From positions 107,072-171,071 of the forward strand of contig JAQWMB010000027.1 of the NCBI GenBank assembly GCA_029246995.1: a stretch of DNA of 64,000 nt, given 5' to 3'. This DNA comes from Dehalococcoidia bacterium. Lineage in GTDB: Bacteria > Chloroflexota > Dehalococcoidia > UBA2979. The position numbers were made by a program, and so were the translations under genes. Under the pieces are notes generated by a model that saw only the letters and a list, made by a program, of their open reading frames with translations, did no database searches and was not told where the DNA came from. This document shows positions 33,094 through 43,275 of this stretch, in pieces; positions within the stretch are counted from its first letter, which is position 1, and each line of letters begins with the position of its first letter.

Positions 33094-35571
33094 CTATTTT
33101 TTTTGCTTAATAACAATATTTAATAGTCTATCTTTTATAAAAATAATTTTTATAATCTCATTATTTTCAAGGTAATTTGTAATCTTTTGGTTGGCTTTGG
33201 CTAAGTTGATTACCTCTTCCTTATCAGCTCCAGAATCAATTATTATTGAAGTACGCAATTTACCATTTATTTGTATAGGTATTTCTCTTGTTGCTGTTGT
33301 TGTGTATTCTTCAATAAATTCTGGCCATTGAGTTTTATGAATTGAATATTTATGATTAGTAAATTCCCATAATTCTTCAGCAATATGAGGACAAATTGGT
33401 GCAGTCATTAAGCATAATTTTTCTATTGCATCATTCCATATTGCTACGTCCTCTTGACTAATTTTTTTTATTAGCAACATTTCATTAGTAAGTTCCATAA
33501 GTGATGCAATCATTGTGTTAAAACGAAAATTTTCAATATCAAAAGTTACTTTTTTTAATGTTGTATGGACATTTTTTCTTATTGAGTCTGATTGTGTTTC
33601 TATATTAGATATTTGAGGTTTATTTATTACAAGTTTCCATAATCTATTTAACCATCTATGGGTACCGACAACCCCTGATAGATCGTATGGCCCGCCTTGA
33701 TCCCATGGTCCAAGGAACATAAGATATGATCTAAAAGCATCAGCTCCCCATTTTTCAACTTGATTATCTGGTGCAACTACATTGCCTCGAGATTTTGACA
33801 TTCTTTGTCCATCTGTTCCAAGAATTTGGCCTTGGCTATAGTATTTTTTAAATGGCTCATCATCTTTCAGTATACCCATGTCACGAGCAGCTTTATAGAA
33901 GAAACGTGAGTACAGTAGATGTAAAACGGCATGCTCTGCACCACCTGTGTATTGATCGACTGGTAACCAAGATTTTTCTGCACTTATGCTGACTGACGCC
34001 ATATCATTGTTGGGGTCTGCATAACGCATGTAATACCAAGATGAGCACATGAAAGTATCCATTGTGTCTGTTTCTCTTTTGGCTGGGCCATTACAATTTG
34101 GACATTTGGTCTGTACGAATTCATCACTTAAAGAAAGAGGGGACTGGCCTGTTGGTAAAAATTCAACATCATAAGGAAGCATTACAGGTAATTCATCTTC
34201 TGGGACAGCTACTATCCCGCAATCATTATCTTGACAATATACAACAGGAATTGGTGCGCCCCAATATCTTTGTCTTGAAATTAACCAATCACGCATTCTA
34301 TACTGGATTTTACTATTACCAATTTCTTTAGTTTTTATTAAGTCAATTATCTTATTTTTAGCTTCTTGGAAATTAATACCGTTGAATTCATTAGAGTTAA
34401 TTAATACACCTTCTCCAGTGTACGCACTTTCTAATTTATCTGTTCTTTCTGATTCATCTTGTGCAATAACTTGAATAATTGGTAAAGAAAATTGATTTGC
34501 AAATTGAAAGTCTCGTTCGTCATGTGCTGGAACTCCCATGACTGCACCAGTACCATATGTCGGTGAAACATAATCTGCAATCCAAATAGGAATTTTTTTA
34601 TGACTTAGGGGATGTTTGCAATATGCACCAGTAAAGATTCCAGTTTTATCTTTTACTATTGACTGTCTTTCAATTTCAGATTTTAGCTTAGCTTTGCTCT
34701 GGTATTTTAATATATTCTGTTTGTATTCATCGGTTGTAATTTTTTCAACCAGTGGATGTTCTGGAGCAAGCACCATAAAAGTTACACCATACAATGTGTC
34801 TGGTCTTGTTGTAAAAACATTGATTTTCTCATTGATTTTTTTACCATTTTGCTCTTCAATAGAAAAGTTAATTTCTGCACCTTCAGATTTACCAATCCAA
34901 TTTTTTTGCATTGCTTTTACTGATACTGGCCATTCAATATGATCGTTTTCTAATAATTCTTCAGCATAATTTGTAATTCTAAAGAACCACTGTTCCATTT
35001 CTCTTTGTTCAACTAATGCACCAGAACGATCAGATCTTCCATCAATTACTTGTTCATTTGCAAGCGTTGTTTCATCTACTGGATCCCAATTTACTAATGC
35101 CTTACCTCTATAAGCAAGATTATTTTTATATAACTGTAAAAACCACCATTGTGTCCATTTATAGTAATCTTTTGAGCTTGTGTTTACTTCACGACTCCAG
35201 TCAAACATAGCGCCCATTTTTTTAAGTTGTTTTCGCATTCTCTCGATGTTGCTGTCAGTCCAATCTTTGGGGTGAGTTTTTCCTTTAATTGCTGCATTTT
35301 CAGCTGGTAAACCAAATGCATCAAAACCCATTGGAAAGAGTACATTCTTACCCTTCATAGTATAGTAGCGAGCTATTGCATCAGATGGAGCCATTGCGTA
35401 CCAGTGTCCTATGTGTAGGTCTCCTGATGTGTAAGGAAACATTGTTAGATGATATCTGTTTTCTTTATTTAGCACTTGGTCTGAGATTTGATAAAGATTA
35501 TCTTTTTCCCACCTAGCTTGCCATTTATTTTCTATTTCATTAGGAGTGTAATCAAATTTTTCGTCTGTCAT
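33094..35571 (-). CDS. leuS: Leucyl-tRNA synthetase
   Basis: HIGH-type PYTSGDLHIGH, KMSKS (RMSKSRGN), CP1 editing domain region, 825 aa. Confidence 0.96.
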   Translation of the reverse strand: MTDEKFDYTPNEIENKWQARWEKDNLYQISDQVLNKENRYHLTMFPYTSGDLHIGHWYAMAPSDAIARYYTMKGKNVLFPMGFDAFGLPAENAAIKGKTHPKDWTDSNIERMRKQLKKMGAMFDWSREVNTSSKDYYKWTQWWFLQLYKNNLAYRGKALVNWDPVDETTLANEQVIDGRSDRSGALVEQREMEQWFFRITNYAEELLENDHIEWPVSVKAMQKNWIGKSEGAEINFSIEEQNGKKINEKINVFTTRPDTLYGVTFMVLAPEHPLVEKITTDEYKQNILKYQSKAKLKSEIERQSIVKDKTGIFTGAYCKHPLSHKKIPIWIADYVSPTYGTGAVMGVPAHDERDFQFANQFSLPIIQVIAQDESERTDKLESAYTGEGVLINSNEFNGINFQEAKNKIIDLIKTKEIGNSKIQYRMRDWLISRQRYWGAPIPVVYCQDNDCGIVAVPEDELPVMLPYDVEFLPTGQSPLSLSDEFVQTKCPNCNGPAKRETDTMDTFMCSSWYYMRYADPNNDMASVSISAEKSWLPVDQYTGGAEHAVLHLLYSRFFYKAARDMGILKDDEPFKKYYSQGQILGTDGQRMSKSRGNVVAPDNQVEKWGADAFRSYLMFLGPWDQGGPYDLSGVVGTHRWLNRLWKLVINKPQISNIETQSDSIRKNVHTTLKKVTFDIENFRFNTMIASLMELTNEMLLIKKISQEDVAIWNDAIEKLCLMTAPICPHIAEELWEFTNHKYSIHKTQWPEFIEEYTTTATREIPIQINGKLRTSIIIDSGADKEEVINLAKANQKITNYLENNEIIKIIFIKDRLLNIVIKQKK

Positions 35572-35732
35572 AATTTATCTTCTAAATATTATTTTTTATC
35601 TATAATTTAAGTTAATACACTATTATTTTATTGTCTTACTTTATATCGTTAAAAATCATTGTGTCTAACAAATAATTAACTAATATCAACTATATACATA
35701 CAGGTTTTATTATTTGCTGAAAGGATAATATT

Positions 35733-37925
35733 TTGAATTTAGGACTTACTGGTAATCTGGCTAAAATAGCTGCTAAATATAAATTCGTTGTTTTATTTGT
35801 TTGGATAGCTTTATTCTTGATAGGTGGTTTCTTTGCTACTAGTATTAATGAACATACTGAAAATGACCAGGGATTTGTAACTGAGCCAGAGTCTGAAAAA
35901 GCGCTATCGCTTTATTATAGAGAATTTTCTAGTGGTCAAGATGTGACTTTAAGCGAAAATATTATTATTAAATCAGTAAATAACCAAACTATTGATGATC
36001 TAGAATTTCAGGATATTGTTAATGAAGTGACAAATAAAGTCAGGGGTTTAAATAGTAGTGTTGCATTTGCTACTAATTATTATGAAACGAATATTCCATC
36101 ATTAGTTTCCAATGATAAAGCAATTACATTAATCCCTGTAGAGCTTAAAGGTACATTTGAGAACTCAGCACTTACAGCTAAGCCTTATGTTGAATTAGTT
36201 GATGAATTAGATACTGAGTATAAAAATTTTGAAATATTAACTTCTGGCTTTGCTTCAATTGATTTAAATTTTGTAGAAATCGCTGAATCGGATCTTGCTA
36301 GCGAGATTCAAGTCATGCCGATTGCTTTAATTGTTTTATTATTTGTTTTTGGTGCCTTAGTTGCATCTGTTATTCCAATTCTGCTTGGTCTCATGTCTAT
36401 TGTTATTACAATTGGTGCATGTTCTCTTATTAGTAGGGTTTATCCGCTAAATATCTTTGTTACCAATATAGTCTTGACCATCGGCTTAGCTGTTGGCATC
36501 GACTATGCTTTATTTATTATGGATCGATTTAGAGAAGAGAGATCAAAGGGTCTTGAAAAAATTAATGCGATAACTAAAGCAGGGAGCACTTCTTCTAGAG
36601 CAGTGTTATTTTCAGGATTTACAGTGATGTTGTCGCTTTTTGGTATGTTTATTGTGCCTACTGATATTTTTCGTAGTTTAGGCTTAGGTGCAATCATAGT
36701 TGTTATTGTTTCTTTGTTGGCTTCACTGACTTTATTACCTGCAATACTTGCAATTTTAGGTGATGGAATCAATAAATTAAAAATTCCTTTTATACGCACT
36801 GCTTCTCAAGAAGATAGTAAGTTTTGGTCTAGTATAGCCTTCAATGTGATGAAATATAAAATTATTGGTGTCGTGCTACCTACAGTAGTTTTAGTGTTAT
36901 TTAGTATGCAGTATTTTAATATTACAATTGGAGCAAGTGGAGTTGAAACTCTTCCTGAAGAAAGTCGTGCTCGTAAGGCTTATGAAATTTTAGAAGGGAC
37001 ATTTTTATCTGGAGGAATTGCAACACCAATTATTATTGTTGGACAAGGTGGCTCAGAAGATGCATCAGAAATGTTAAATGGATTTAATAATTTGAATAAC
37101 TCAATTGCTAAAAGTAATGCATTTGGTCCAATTTTAGATTTTGAAACCAGTGAATCTGGCTCAACGTATGCTTTGCAGGTAGCACCAAAAAATTCTGCTA
37201 CAAGTGGGGCTGCAACAGATTCTGTTGATTTATTACGTAACTCATTGATACCACAATCTTTTGGTACTTTGGAAAATAAAGTGCTTGTAGGTGGCCAAAG
37301 CGCTGGTTATAAAGATTTTTATTTATTAGTTGATCAATATACACCAATAGTATTTATTTTCGTGCTATCCACAAGCTTTCTATTGCTTTTAGTTGTCTTC
37401 AGATCGATTTTTGTTCCAATAAAAGCTGTAATTATGAATATGCTAGGGGTAGGAACTGCATATGGGTTAATGTACCTTGTATTTGAAAAAGGTTATGCTG
37501 CAAGTTTTTTTGGCTTTCAGCAAGTTGAAAGTATTGAAGCATGGGTTCCATTGTTTCTATTCACAATTGTTTTTGGTTTATCAATGGACTATGAAGTTTT
37601 TCTTCTGAGTCGAATTAGAGAACATTTTGATAATAATGGAGATAATGCTGAAGCTGTTGCTCATGGTATTAGGAAGACCGGTAGATTGATCACAGGTGCT
37701 GCAGCAATTATGATTGTTGTTTTTAGTGGATTTGCTATGGGTGACTTAACAATGTTTCAGCAAATGGGCTTTGGTACAGGCGTTGCTGTTTTAATTGATG
37801 CTACTATTATTCGAATGATTTTTGTTCCTGCATCAATGGCATTAGCTGATAAATGGAATTGGTATTTTCCAAGTTGGTTAAAATGGTTACCAGATGTTAG
37901 AGTAGAACCACCAGAAAATAAATAA
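35733..37925 (+). CDS. MMPL/RND-superfamily transporter
   Basis: Two 6-TM bundles, each preceded by a large soluble loop. GIDYALFIMDRFREE and GLSMDYEVFLLSRIRE repeats. Confidence 0.88.
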   Translation: MNLGLTGNLAKIAAKYKFVVLFVWIALFLIGGFFATSINEHTENDQGFVTEPESEKALSLYYREFSSGQDVTLSENIIIKSVNNQTIDDLEFQDIVNEVTNKVRGLNSSVAFATNYYETNIPSLVSNDKAITLIPVELKGTFENSALTAKPYVELVDELDTEYKNFEILTSGFASIDLNFVEIAESDLASEIQVMPIALIVLLFVFGALVASVIPILLGLMSIVITIGACSLISRVYPLNIFVTNIVLTIGLAVGIDYALFIMDRFREERSKGLEKINAITKAGSTSSRAVLFSGFTVMLSLFGMFIVPTDIFRSLGLGAIIVVIVSLLASLTLLPAILAILGDGINKLKIPFIRTASQEDSKFWSSIAFNVMKYKIIGVVLPTVVLVLFSMQYFNITIGASGVETLPEESRARKAYEILEGTFLSGGIATPIIIVGQGGSEDASEMLNGFNNLNNSIAKSNAFGPILDFETSESGSTYALQVAPKNSATSGAATDSVDLLRNSLIPQSFGTLENKVLVGGQSAGYKDFYLLVDQYTPIVFIFVLSTSFLLLLVVFRSIFVPIKAVIMNMLGVGTAYGLMYLVFEKGYAASFFGFQQVESIEAWVPLFLFTIVFGLSMDYEVFLLSRIREHFDNNGDNAEAVAHGIRKTGRLITGAAAIMIVVFSGFAMGDLTMFQQMGFGTGVAVLIDATIIRMIFVPASMALADKWNWYFPSWLKWLPDVRVEPPENK

Positions 37926-37947
37926 TTTTTTGGGGAAAGGTTCTAAA

Positions 37948-38355
37948 ATGTTCAATGGCATAAGAGGCGTGTTTATTCGTGTGAATGATATAGAACATGC
38001 TACAGAAAAGTATCTTAAAACATTCGGTGGAAAATTAACACAGAGACATAAATTTGATGATCTTGGTTTTGATACATCAGTAATTGAGTATGAAAATGAT
38101 ACTTTTATTGAGATTATTTCTCCTCTGAGTGACACCAGTCCAGTACAAAAAGCTTTAGATAAATTTGGTGAGGGCGTGCATTTAATTGCATGGAATAACG
38201 ATGATCCTGCTCAAACAGTTAATCAATTGCGTGCAATGTCTTTACGATTGATTAACGATCCTGGAGAAGGTAATCCTATTACTCAGCAAATATTTATACA
38301 TCCTAAAGAACTCAATGGTATGATGGCATTAGTTTCGGGTACTCCTACTGATTAA
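37948..38355 (+). CDS. VOC/glyoxalase-fold protein (methylmalonyl-CoA epimerase-like)
   Basis: IRGVFIRVNDIEHATEKY...GEGVHLIAW...IFIHPKELNG. Start taken at the ATG after an AAAGG Shine-Dalgarno site. Confidence 0.65.
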   Translation: MFNGIRGVFIRVNDIEHATEKYLKTFGGKLTQRHKFDDLGFDTSVIEYENDTFIEIISPLSDTSPVQKALDKFGEGVHLIAWNNDDPAQTVNQLRAMSLRLINDPGEGNPITQQIFIHPKELNGMMALVSGTPTD

Positions 38356-38423
38356 AATGACTGTTCAATGTAAATCAAGAGTAAAGATGTGCTTAATATA
38401 TTATAGTTTAAATTGGAATATTT

Positions 38424-39377
38424 ATGCTTAAAATTGCAGTCATTGATGATTATACGGGTGATGCTATTAATTTGGCGAATTGGAATCGTCTGTCTAATAA
38501 GATATCAGTAGATTTTTTTCAAGATCATATTACTAGTTTAGAAAAACTTAGTAACCGATTATCAAGATATGAAGTCTTAGTTATAATGCGTGAAAGAACT
38601 CAAATTTCAAGAGAATTAATAAAATCATTACCTAATTTAAGAATGATTGTCACTTCAGGTATGTATAATGCAGCTATTGATTTTTCGGCTGCTAAGGAAT
38701 GTAATATTATTGTTACTGGAACTAATTCCAGTGGTATTTCTACAACAGAACAGACTTGGGCTTTAATTTTAGCATTATCGCATAATGTTGTATTAGAACA
38801 TAATAATATGATTGCAGGGAGATGGCAAAAAAGTCTGGCAACTGAACTTCATGGTAAAAACCTAGGACTCATTGGGCTTGGAAGAATAGGCCTAGAAGTA
38901 GGCAAAATTGGATTAGCATTTGGCATGGAAGTTTATGCTTGGAGTCAGAATTTAAATAAAGAATTTGCAGAAGAACACGGTATTAATTTTCTTCAAACCA
39001 AAGAGCAGATTTGTGAAATAAGTGACATACTTTCTTTGCATGTACGTTTATCTGAACGTACCAAGCATCTCATTGATGCGAAAGAATTTGAAATAATGAA
39101 GAAAGATGCTTTTCTGATTAATACTGCTAGAGGGCCAATTATTAATGAAAATGAATTAATAATTGCTTTACAAAATAATAAAATTGCTGGCGCAGGCTTA
39201 GACGTCTATGAATACGAACCATTGCCCACAAATCATAATTTTTTAAAATTAAATAATATAGTTTTATCACCTCATATTGGATATGGAACAAAAGAATTGA
39301 TGAGTAAATTTTTTGAACAGATAGTAGAGAATATAGAAGCTTATTTAAATGATAAGCCGATCAGGATAGTTGAGTAA
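38424..39377 (+). CDS. D-isomer-specific 2-hydroxyacid dehydrogenase
   Basis: GKNLGLIGLGRIG NAD fold, NTARG, SPHIGY catalytic His region. Confidence 0.9.
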   Translation: MLKIAVIDDYTGDAINLANWNRLSNKISVDFFQDHITSLEKLSNRLSRYEVLVIMRERTQISRELIKSLPNLRMIVTSGMYNAAIDFSAAKECNIIVTGTNSSGISTTEQTWALILALSHNVVLEHNNMIAGRWQKSLATELHGKNLGLIGLGRIGLEVGKIGLAFGMEVYAWSQNLNKEFAEEHGINFLQTKEQICEISDILSLHVRLSERTKHLIDAKEFEIMKKDAFLINTARGPIINENELIIALQNNKIAGAGLDVYEYEPLPTNHNFLKLNNIVLSPHIGYGTKELMSKFFEQIVENIEAYLNDKPIRIVE

Positions 39378-39389
39378 TTTTTGCTAACT

Positions 39390-39465
39390 GGTGGACCTGG
39401 GGGGGCTCGAACCCCCGACCTCTACACTGCCAGTGTAGCGCTCTCCCAGCTGAGCTACAGGCCCA
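39390..39465 (-). tRNA. tRNA-Ala (anticodon GGC), CCA encoded
   Basis: Reverse complement is GGGCCTGTAGCTCAGCTGGGAGAGCGCTACACTGGCAGTGTAGAGGTCGGGGGTTCGAGCCCCCCAGGTCCACCA. G3:U70 Ala identity pair; anticodon loop CTGGCAG. Confidence 0.95.
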
Positions 39466-39513
39466 TATTTGCATGATAACTGAAAGATTAATTCATTAAA
39501 AGTTTCTTTTTGT

Positions 39514-40236
39514 CTATAAAGGTCTTTTACTTGGCATGCCAGGTCTTCGAGGATATTTTTTTGGAGTATCGCCTATTTTTTTAACTACAACAATAACCTG
39601 GTCAATTTGTTTATTTTCAGATGGAATTTTTATTAGTTCTAGTAATTCACAATTTAATTCTCTTGAAGCATTTTGAATTGCATTTGCTTCTTTTTTACTT
39701 TCAGAACCTTTAGGCGCAAAGAACAATCCATTAGTCTTTAATAAAGGAATTGCATATTCAAGTAAAATGTTTAATGGTGCTACGGCTTTTGCTGTAGCCC
39801 AGTCATAACTTTCGCGATATTTTTCTTCTTGTCCAATATTTTCAGCACGTTGATTAATCACATTCGCATTATTAATTTTTAAATCTCGTAATATCTTTGA
39901 AAGAAAATGGCTTCTTTTCTGATTAGATTCTAATAGATCAAAATGAAAGTTTTTTCTCAATAAATGTATTACTAAACCGGGTATTCCAATGCCTGAGCCT
40001 ATATCTATTACATTGGGATGAGATAGATCAATATATTGATTGACAGAATTTAATAAAAAAATAGATTCTCCGATATGTCTTTTAACAATTTCTGTTGGTT
40101 CAGATATATTTGTAAAGCCATTTGTAAATCCAACTTGATGAATTATCTGGCAATAGCTATCTAATTTGTCAATTTCTTTTGTAGAGGCTATCACATTGAG
40201 TTTTTCAGTTTCTTTAATAATTAAATCTTTAAACAT
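39514..40236 (-). CDS. rsmG: 16S rRNA (guanine527-N7)-methyltransferase
   Basis: VIDIGSGIGIPGL SAM motif, KRSHFL, typical GidB length. Basic C-terminal tail. Confidence 0.85.
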   Translation of the reverse strand: MFKDLIIKETEKLNVIASTKEIDKLDSYCQIIHQVGFTNGFTNISEPTEIVKRHIGESIFLLNSVNQYIDLSHPNVIDIGSGIGIPGLVIHLLRKNFHFDLLESNQKRSHFLSKILRDLKINNANVINQRAENIGQEEKYRESYDWATAKAVAPLNILLEYAIPLLKTNGLFFAPKGSESKKEANAIQNASRELNCELLELIKIPSENKQIDQVIVVVKKIGDTPKKYPRRPGMPSKRPL

Positions 40237-40336
40237 TTCATCTTCTTAATTTTGAACATTAGATTGGTATCTACAAAGCTTATTTTGTATAATAAACTAT
40301 AGTTAATAAACCATATAAATTTATTTTAACTTATTT

Positions 40337-40840
40337 ATGAATAGAAGAGATATGAATAATAATGATTCTAAAAATTCTGATGCATATTTTGTTACCAAAG
40401 ATGGCTTAGCAAAACTTGAAGATGATCTTGCACAATTAAAAAAGCAAAGACCTGAAATTGCAGAGTCTTTAAGAGTTGCCATGCAAGATAAAGATTTTCG
40501 AGAGAATGCACCACTTGATGCTGCTCGTGATGCGCAGGCTCATCTTGAAGCTAAGATTCGTAATATAGAAACTCAGTTACGTAATGCAGTAATAGTAAGC
40601 GCTGAAGAAAAACAAGGTAAAGCTCACGTAGGGTCAAAGGTAACGTTATTGAATATAAAGAAGCAATCTAAGCAAATTTTTGAATTAGTTACTCAATCAG
40701 AAGTTGATCCTAAGAATGGAAAAATTTCTATAGAATCACCTGTTGGTGTTGCTGTAAGCAACCATATAGCTGGTGATGAAGTGATAGTAAATACTCCAAG
40801 TGGTGATGTTAAATTTCAGTTAATAGATGTAGTTAATTAA
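40337..40840 (+). CDS. greA: Transcription elongation factor GreA
   Basis: VTKDGLAKLEDDLAQLK...DFRENAPLDAARDAQA coiled-coil finger, followed by a C-terminal globular domain. Confidence 0.9.
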   Translation: MNRRDMNNNDSKNSDAYFVTKDGLAKLEDDLAQLKKQRPEIAESLRVAMQDKDFRENAPLDAARDAQAHLEAKIRNIETQLRNAVIVSAEEKQGKAHVGSKVTLLNIKKQSKQIFELVTQSEVDPKNGKISIESPVGVAVSNHIAGDEVIVNTPSGDVKFQLIDVVN

Positions 40841-41730
40841 CTGAAAATATTTGATAAAAGAACGTCTAAGCTTATCCCAGCAAACAATAGAACTAGGTAG
40901 AGTATTGAGAATAGAAAAAGTTTTTTTGCTTTTTTGTCGCTATATTTTTTAAATAATTCAAATGAATATTTTAAAAATATTAAATTAATAGGTATTGCTA
41001 GTCCAAAATATATCCAGCTTACTTGAGCAATAAAACCAAAAATAATTGAAATAGACATTAATGCTAATGCATACAATAGTATTAATTTGCAAGCTTCTTC
41101 TTTTCCAACAACCACTGGTAGCATGGGCACTTTAGCCGCAGAATAATCCTGTTCTTTTAATAAGGCTAATGCCCAAAAATGTGCAGGAGTCCAATAGAAA
41201 ACGATTAAAAATAACAAAATTGCTTCTATAGATATTTCATTATTAACTGCCACCCAACCAATAAGTGGCGGGGTTGATCCCGCTGCACCACCAATTACTA
41301 TATTTTGAATAGTTCTTCTTTTAAGATAAGCAGTATAAATAATTGCATAAAAAAAGATGGAAAATAAAGTTATTAATGCAGCAAGTAAGTTAATTGTGTA
41401 ATAGAGCAAGGTAATTGCAATAAAACTAAGTAATAGCCCAAGTATTAGTGCATGTATGTCTGGCATTGCTTTTTGCGGCAATGGCCTATTGCTTGTTCTG
41501 CTCATTAATTTGTCTATATCTCTATCAAAATAATGATTCATTGAATTTGCACCACCTGCGGCTAAAGTCCCACCAGTAAGCGTGAAGAACATTAAATGAA
41601 AACTTGGCAATTGATTGGCAGCTAACATCATAGCAGGTAAAGTAGTGACTAGTAATAGCCATACAATTCCTGGTTTCGTAAGAGCAATATAGTTAGGAAT
41701 ACTTTGGCGCATTGAATGGTATAATTTCAT
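40837..41730 (-). CDS. ctaB: Protoheme IX farnesyltransferase (heme O synthase)
   Basis: UbiA-type NHYFDRDIDKLMSRTSNRPLP; about 8-9 TM helices. Last gene of the ccm operon. Confidence 0.9.
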   Translation of the reverse strand: MKLYHSMRQSIPNYIALTKPGIVWLLLVTTLPAMMLAANQLPSFHLMFFTLTGGTLAAGGANSMNHYFDRDIDKLMSRTSNRPLPQKAMPDIHALILGLLLSFIAITLLYYTINLLAALITLFSIFFYAIIYTAYLKRRTIQNIVIGGAAGSTPPLIGWVAVNNEISIEAILLFLIVFYWTPAHFWALALLKEQDYSAAKVPMLPVVVGKEEACKLILLYALALMSISIIFGFIAQVSWIYFGLAIPINLIFLKYSFELFKKYSDKKAKKLFLFSILYLVLLFAGISLDVLLSNIFS

Positions 41731-41735
41731 GTTAG

Positions 41736-41876
41736 TTAATCTTTATTAATATTTTGTCTAATCTGTTCAATGATTTTCTCTTGTTCTTTAATTTTATAAA
41801 TCATGTAATAAATCAGGCTAAAAAGGATTAACCATAAACCAGTATATCCAATGAATAGGTAAAAAAGATTATTCAA
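41736..41876 (-). CDS. ccmD: CcmD-family small membrane protein (46 aa, unlisted)
   Basis: TTG start overlaps the ccmC stop (caTTGA). NNLFYLFIGYTGLWLILFSLIYYMIYKIKEQEKIIEQI is one TM helix plus a charged tail. Sits in the ccmC-ccmD position. Confidence 0.6.
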   Translation of the reverse strand: MNNLFYLFIGYTGLWLILFSLIYYMIYKIKEQEKIIEQIRQNINKD

Positions 41877-42601
41877 TGCCTTGCCCCTTTATTAAAAGAT
41901 TGACTTAAAATCTGTTTGATAGTATATTCATTTTTTAGAATCCTAACATTAATCATTATTAACCATATTGCTAATAAAAGAATAGCAATAGTGCTAATCA
42001 ATAAAACTACTAGCATTTCTATTGGCAGTCTGTCTTCACTAATAGGTGCTAAGACTATCGGTTGTGGATGTAAAGTCCTCCACCATCTTACAGACATATT
42101 AATAATTGGTATATCCATAAATGCAATAATTCCTATGAAAGCAGCTATTCTATTTGTTCTTCCTTCTGATGAATTATCTAGAGACTGTACTAACAAATAA
42201 CCGATATATAATAGTAGCAAGATTAGTGTACTTGTTAATCTTGCATCCCAAGTCCACCAGACACCCCAAGTTGGCTTTCCCCATGCCATTCCTGACCATA
42301 AGCATATTATTGTGAAAAAAACACCTATTAATGCACTGGCTTTCCCCCAATGGTTATAAATAGTTTTCTTTTTCCATAGATACAATATTGAAAATAGAAA
42401 CGTTAAACCAAAACAAAAATATGAAGCAAGTGCAGTGGGTAAGTGGAAATAAAAAATTCGTTGTACTTCTCCTTCAACTACTTCTGTAGGAGCAATAATG
42501 AAGGCACCTAATAAAAAGAGAATCATCATAAAAAGATTTAGAAAAGGTAATATTCTTTCAATTACTTTATTGTTGACAATATTGGTGAAAAATTTTTCCA
42601 T
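41873..42601 (-). CDS. ccmC: Heme exporter/heme lyase component CcmC
   Basis: WWD motif WGKPTWGVWWTWDARLT; 6 TM helices. Confidence 0.92.
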   Translation of the reverse strand: MEKFFTNIVNNKVIERILPFLNLFMMILFLLGAFIIAPTEVVEGEVQRIFYFHLPTALASYFCFGLTFLFSILYLWKKKTIYNHWGKASALIGVFFTIICLWSGMAWGKPTWGVWWTWDARLTSTLILLLLYIGYLLVQSLDNSSEGRTNRIAAFIGIIAFMDIPIINMSVRWWRTLHPQPIVLAPISEDRLPIEMLVVLLISTIAILLLAIWLIMINVRILKNEYTIKQILSQSFNKGARH

Positions 42602-42610
42602 AATTTTAAT

Positions 42611-43267
42611 TTACTCTTCTATGATAAATTGAAATAAAATTATACTTACAGTAGTTTGCCAGAGAGAAAATAAAACTCCAAGAAATATCCAGTGGTTTTC
42701 GACTTCGATGGTTCCAATTACTCCGAATGTAACTCTTGTTGCTGTTAATATCAATGGGATTAATAATGGAATAACAATAATATATGTCAACATTGTCCCG
42801 GATTGTTCTTGGTAACTAAGAGGCGCTAAGCAAGTTAATAAAGACGTAAAACCCAAAGTCATAAATGCCAAATAAATTAGCATATAATATGATTCAATTT
42901 GAATGTTAAAAAATAGTATTACTATTAAAAGCAATGTAGATTGTATGCTTAAAATGAAAAAATAATTAACTAATGTTTTACTTATCGCAATTAATGTAAT
43001 TGGCACATTAGCAATTTTCATTCCATCAATAATCCCATTATCGAGCTCATGCGTAAAGCTATTGCTTGATATTAAGATGCTACAAAAAAGAAAAGTTATC
43101 CAAAGTAATCCAGGAAGAATAATATCTACTTCTAGTACAAAAAGATCAATTGTAAGATTGTAAAAAATGATCGAAATTGTTCCAAATGCTATTGCAGAAA
43201 GCCAGGCTGATTTATCAAGCCAAGCTAATTGAATATCCTTTTTTAATAAAATGATTAATTTTTTCAT
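42611..43267 (-). CDS. ccmB: Heme exporter permease CcmB
   Basis: 218-aa, 6-TM protein between ccmA and ccmC. Confidence 0.8.
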   Translation of the reverse strand: MKKLIILLKKDIQLAWLDKSAWLSAIAFGTISIIFYNLTIDLFVLEVDIILPGLLWITFLFCSILISSNSFTHELDNGIIDGMKIANVPITLIAISKTLVNYFFILSIQSTLLLIVILFFNIQIESYYMLIYLAFMTLGFTSLLTCLAPLSYQEQSGTMLTYIIVIPLLIPLILTATRVTFGVIGTIEVENHWIFLGVLFSLWQTTVSIILFQFIIEE

Positions 43268-43275
43268 AATTTTTT

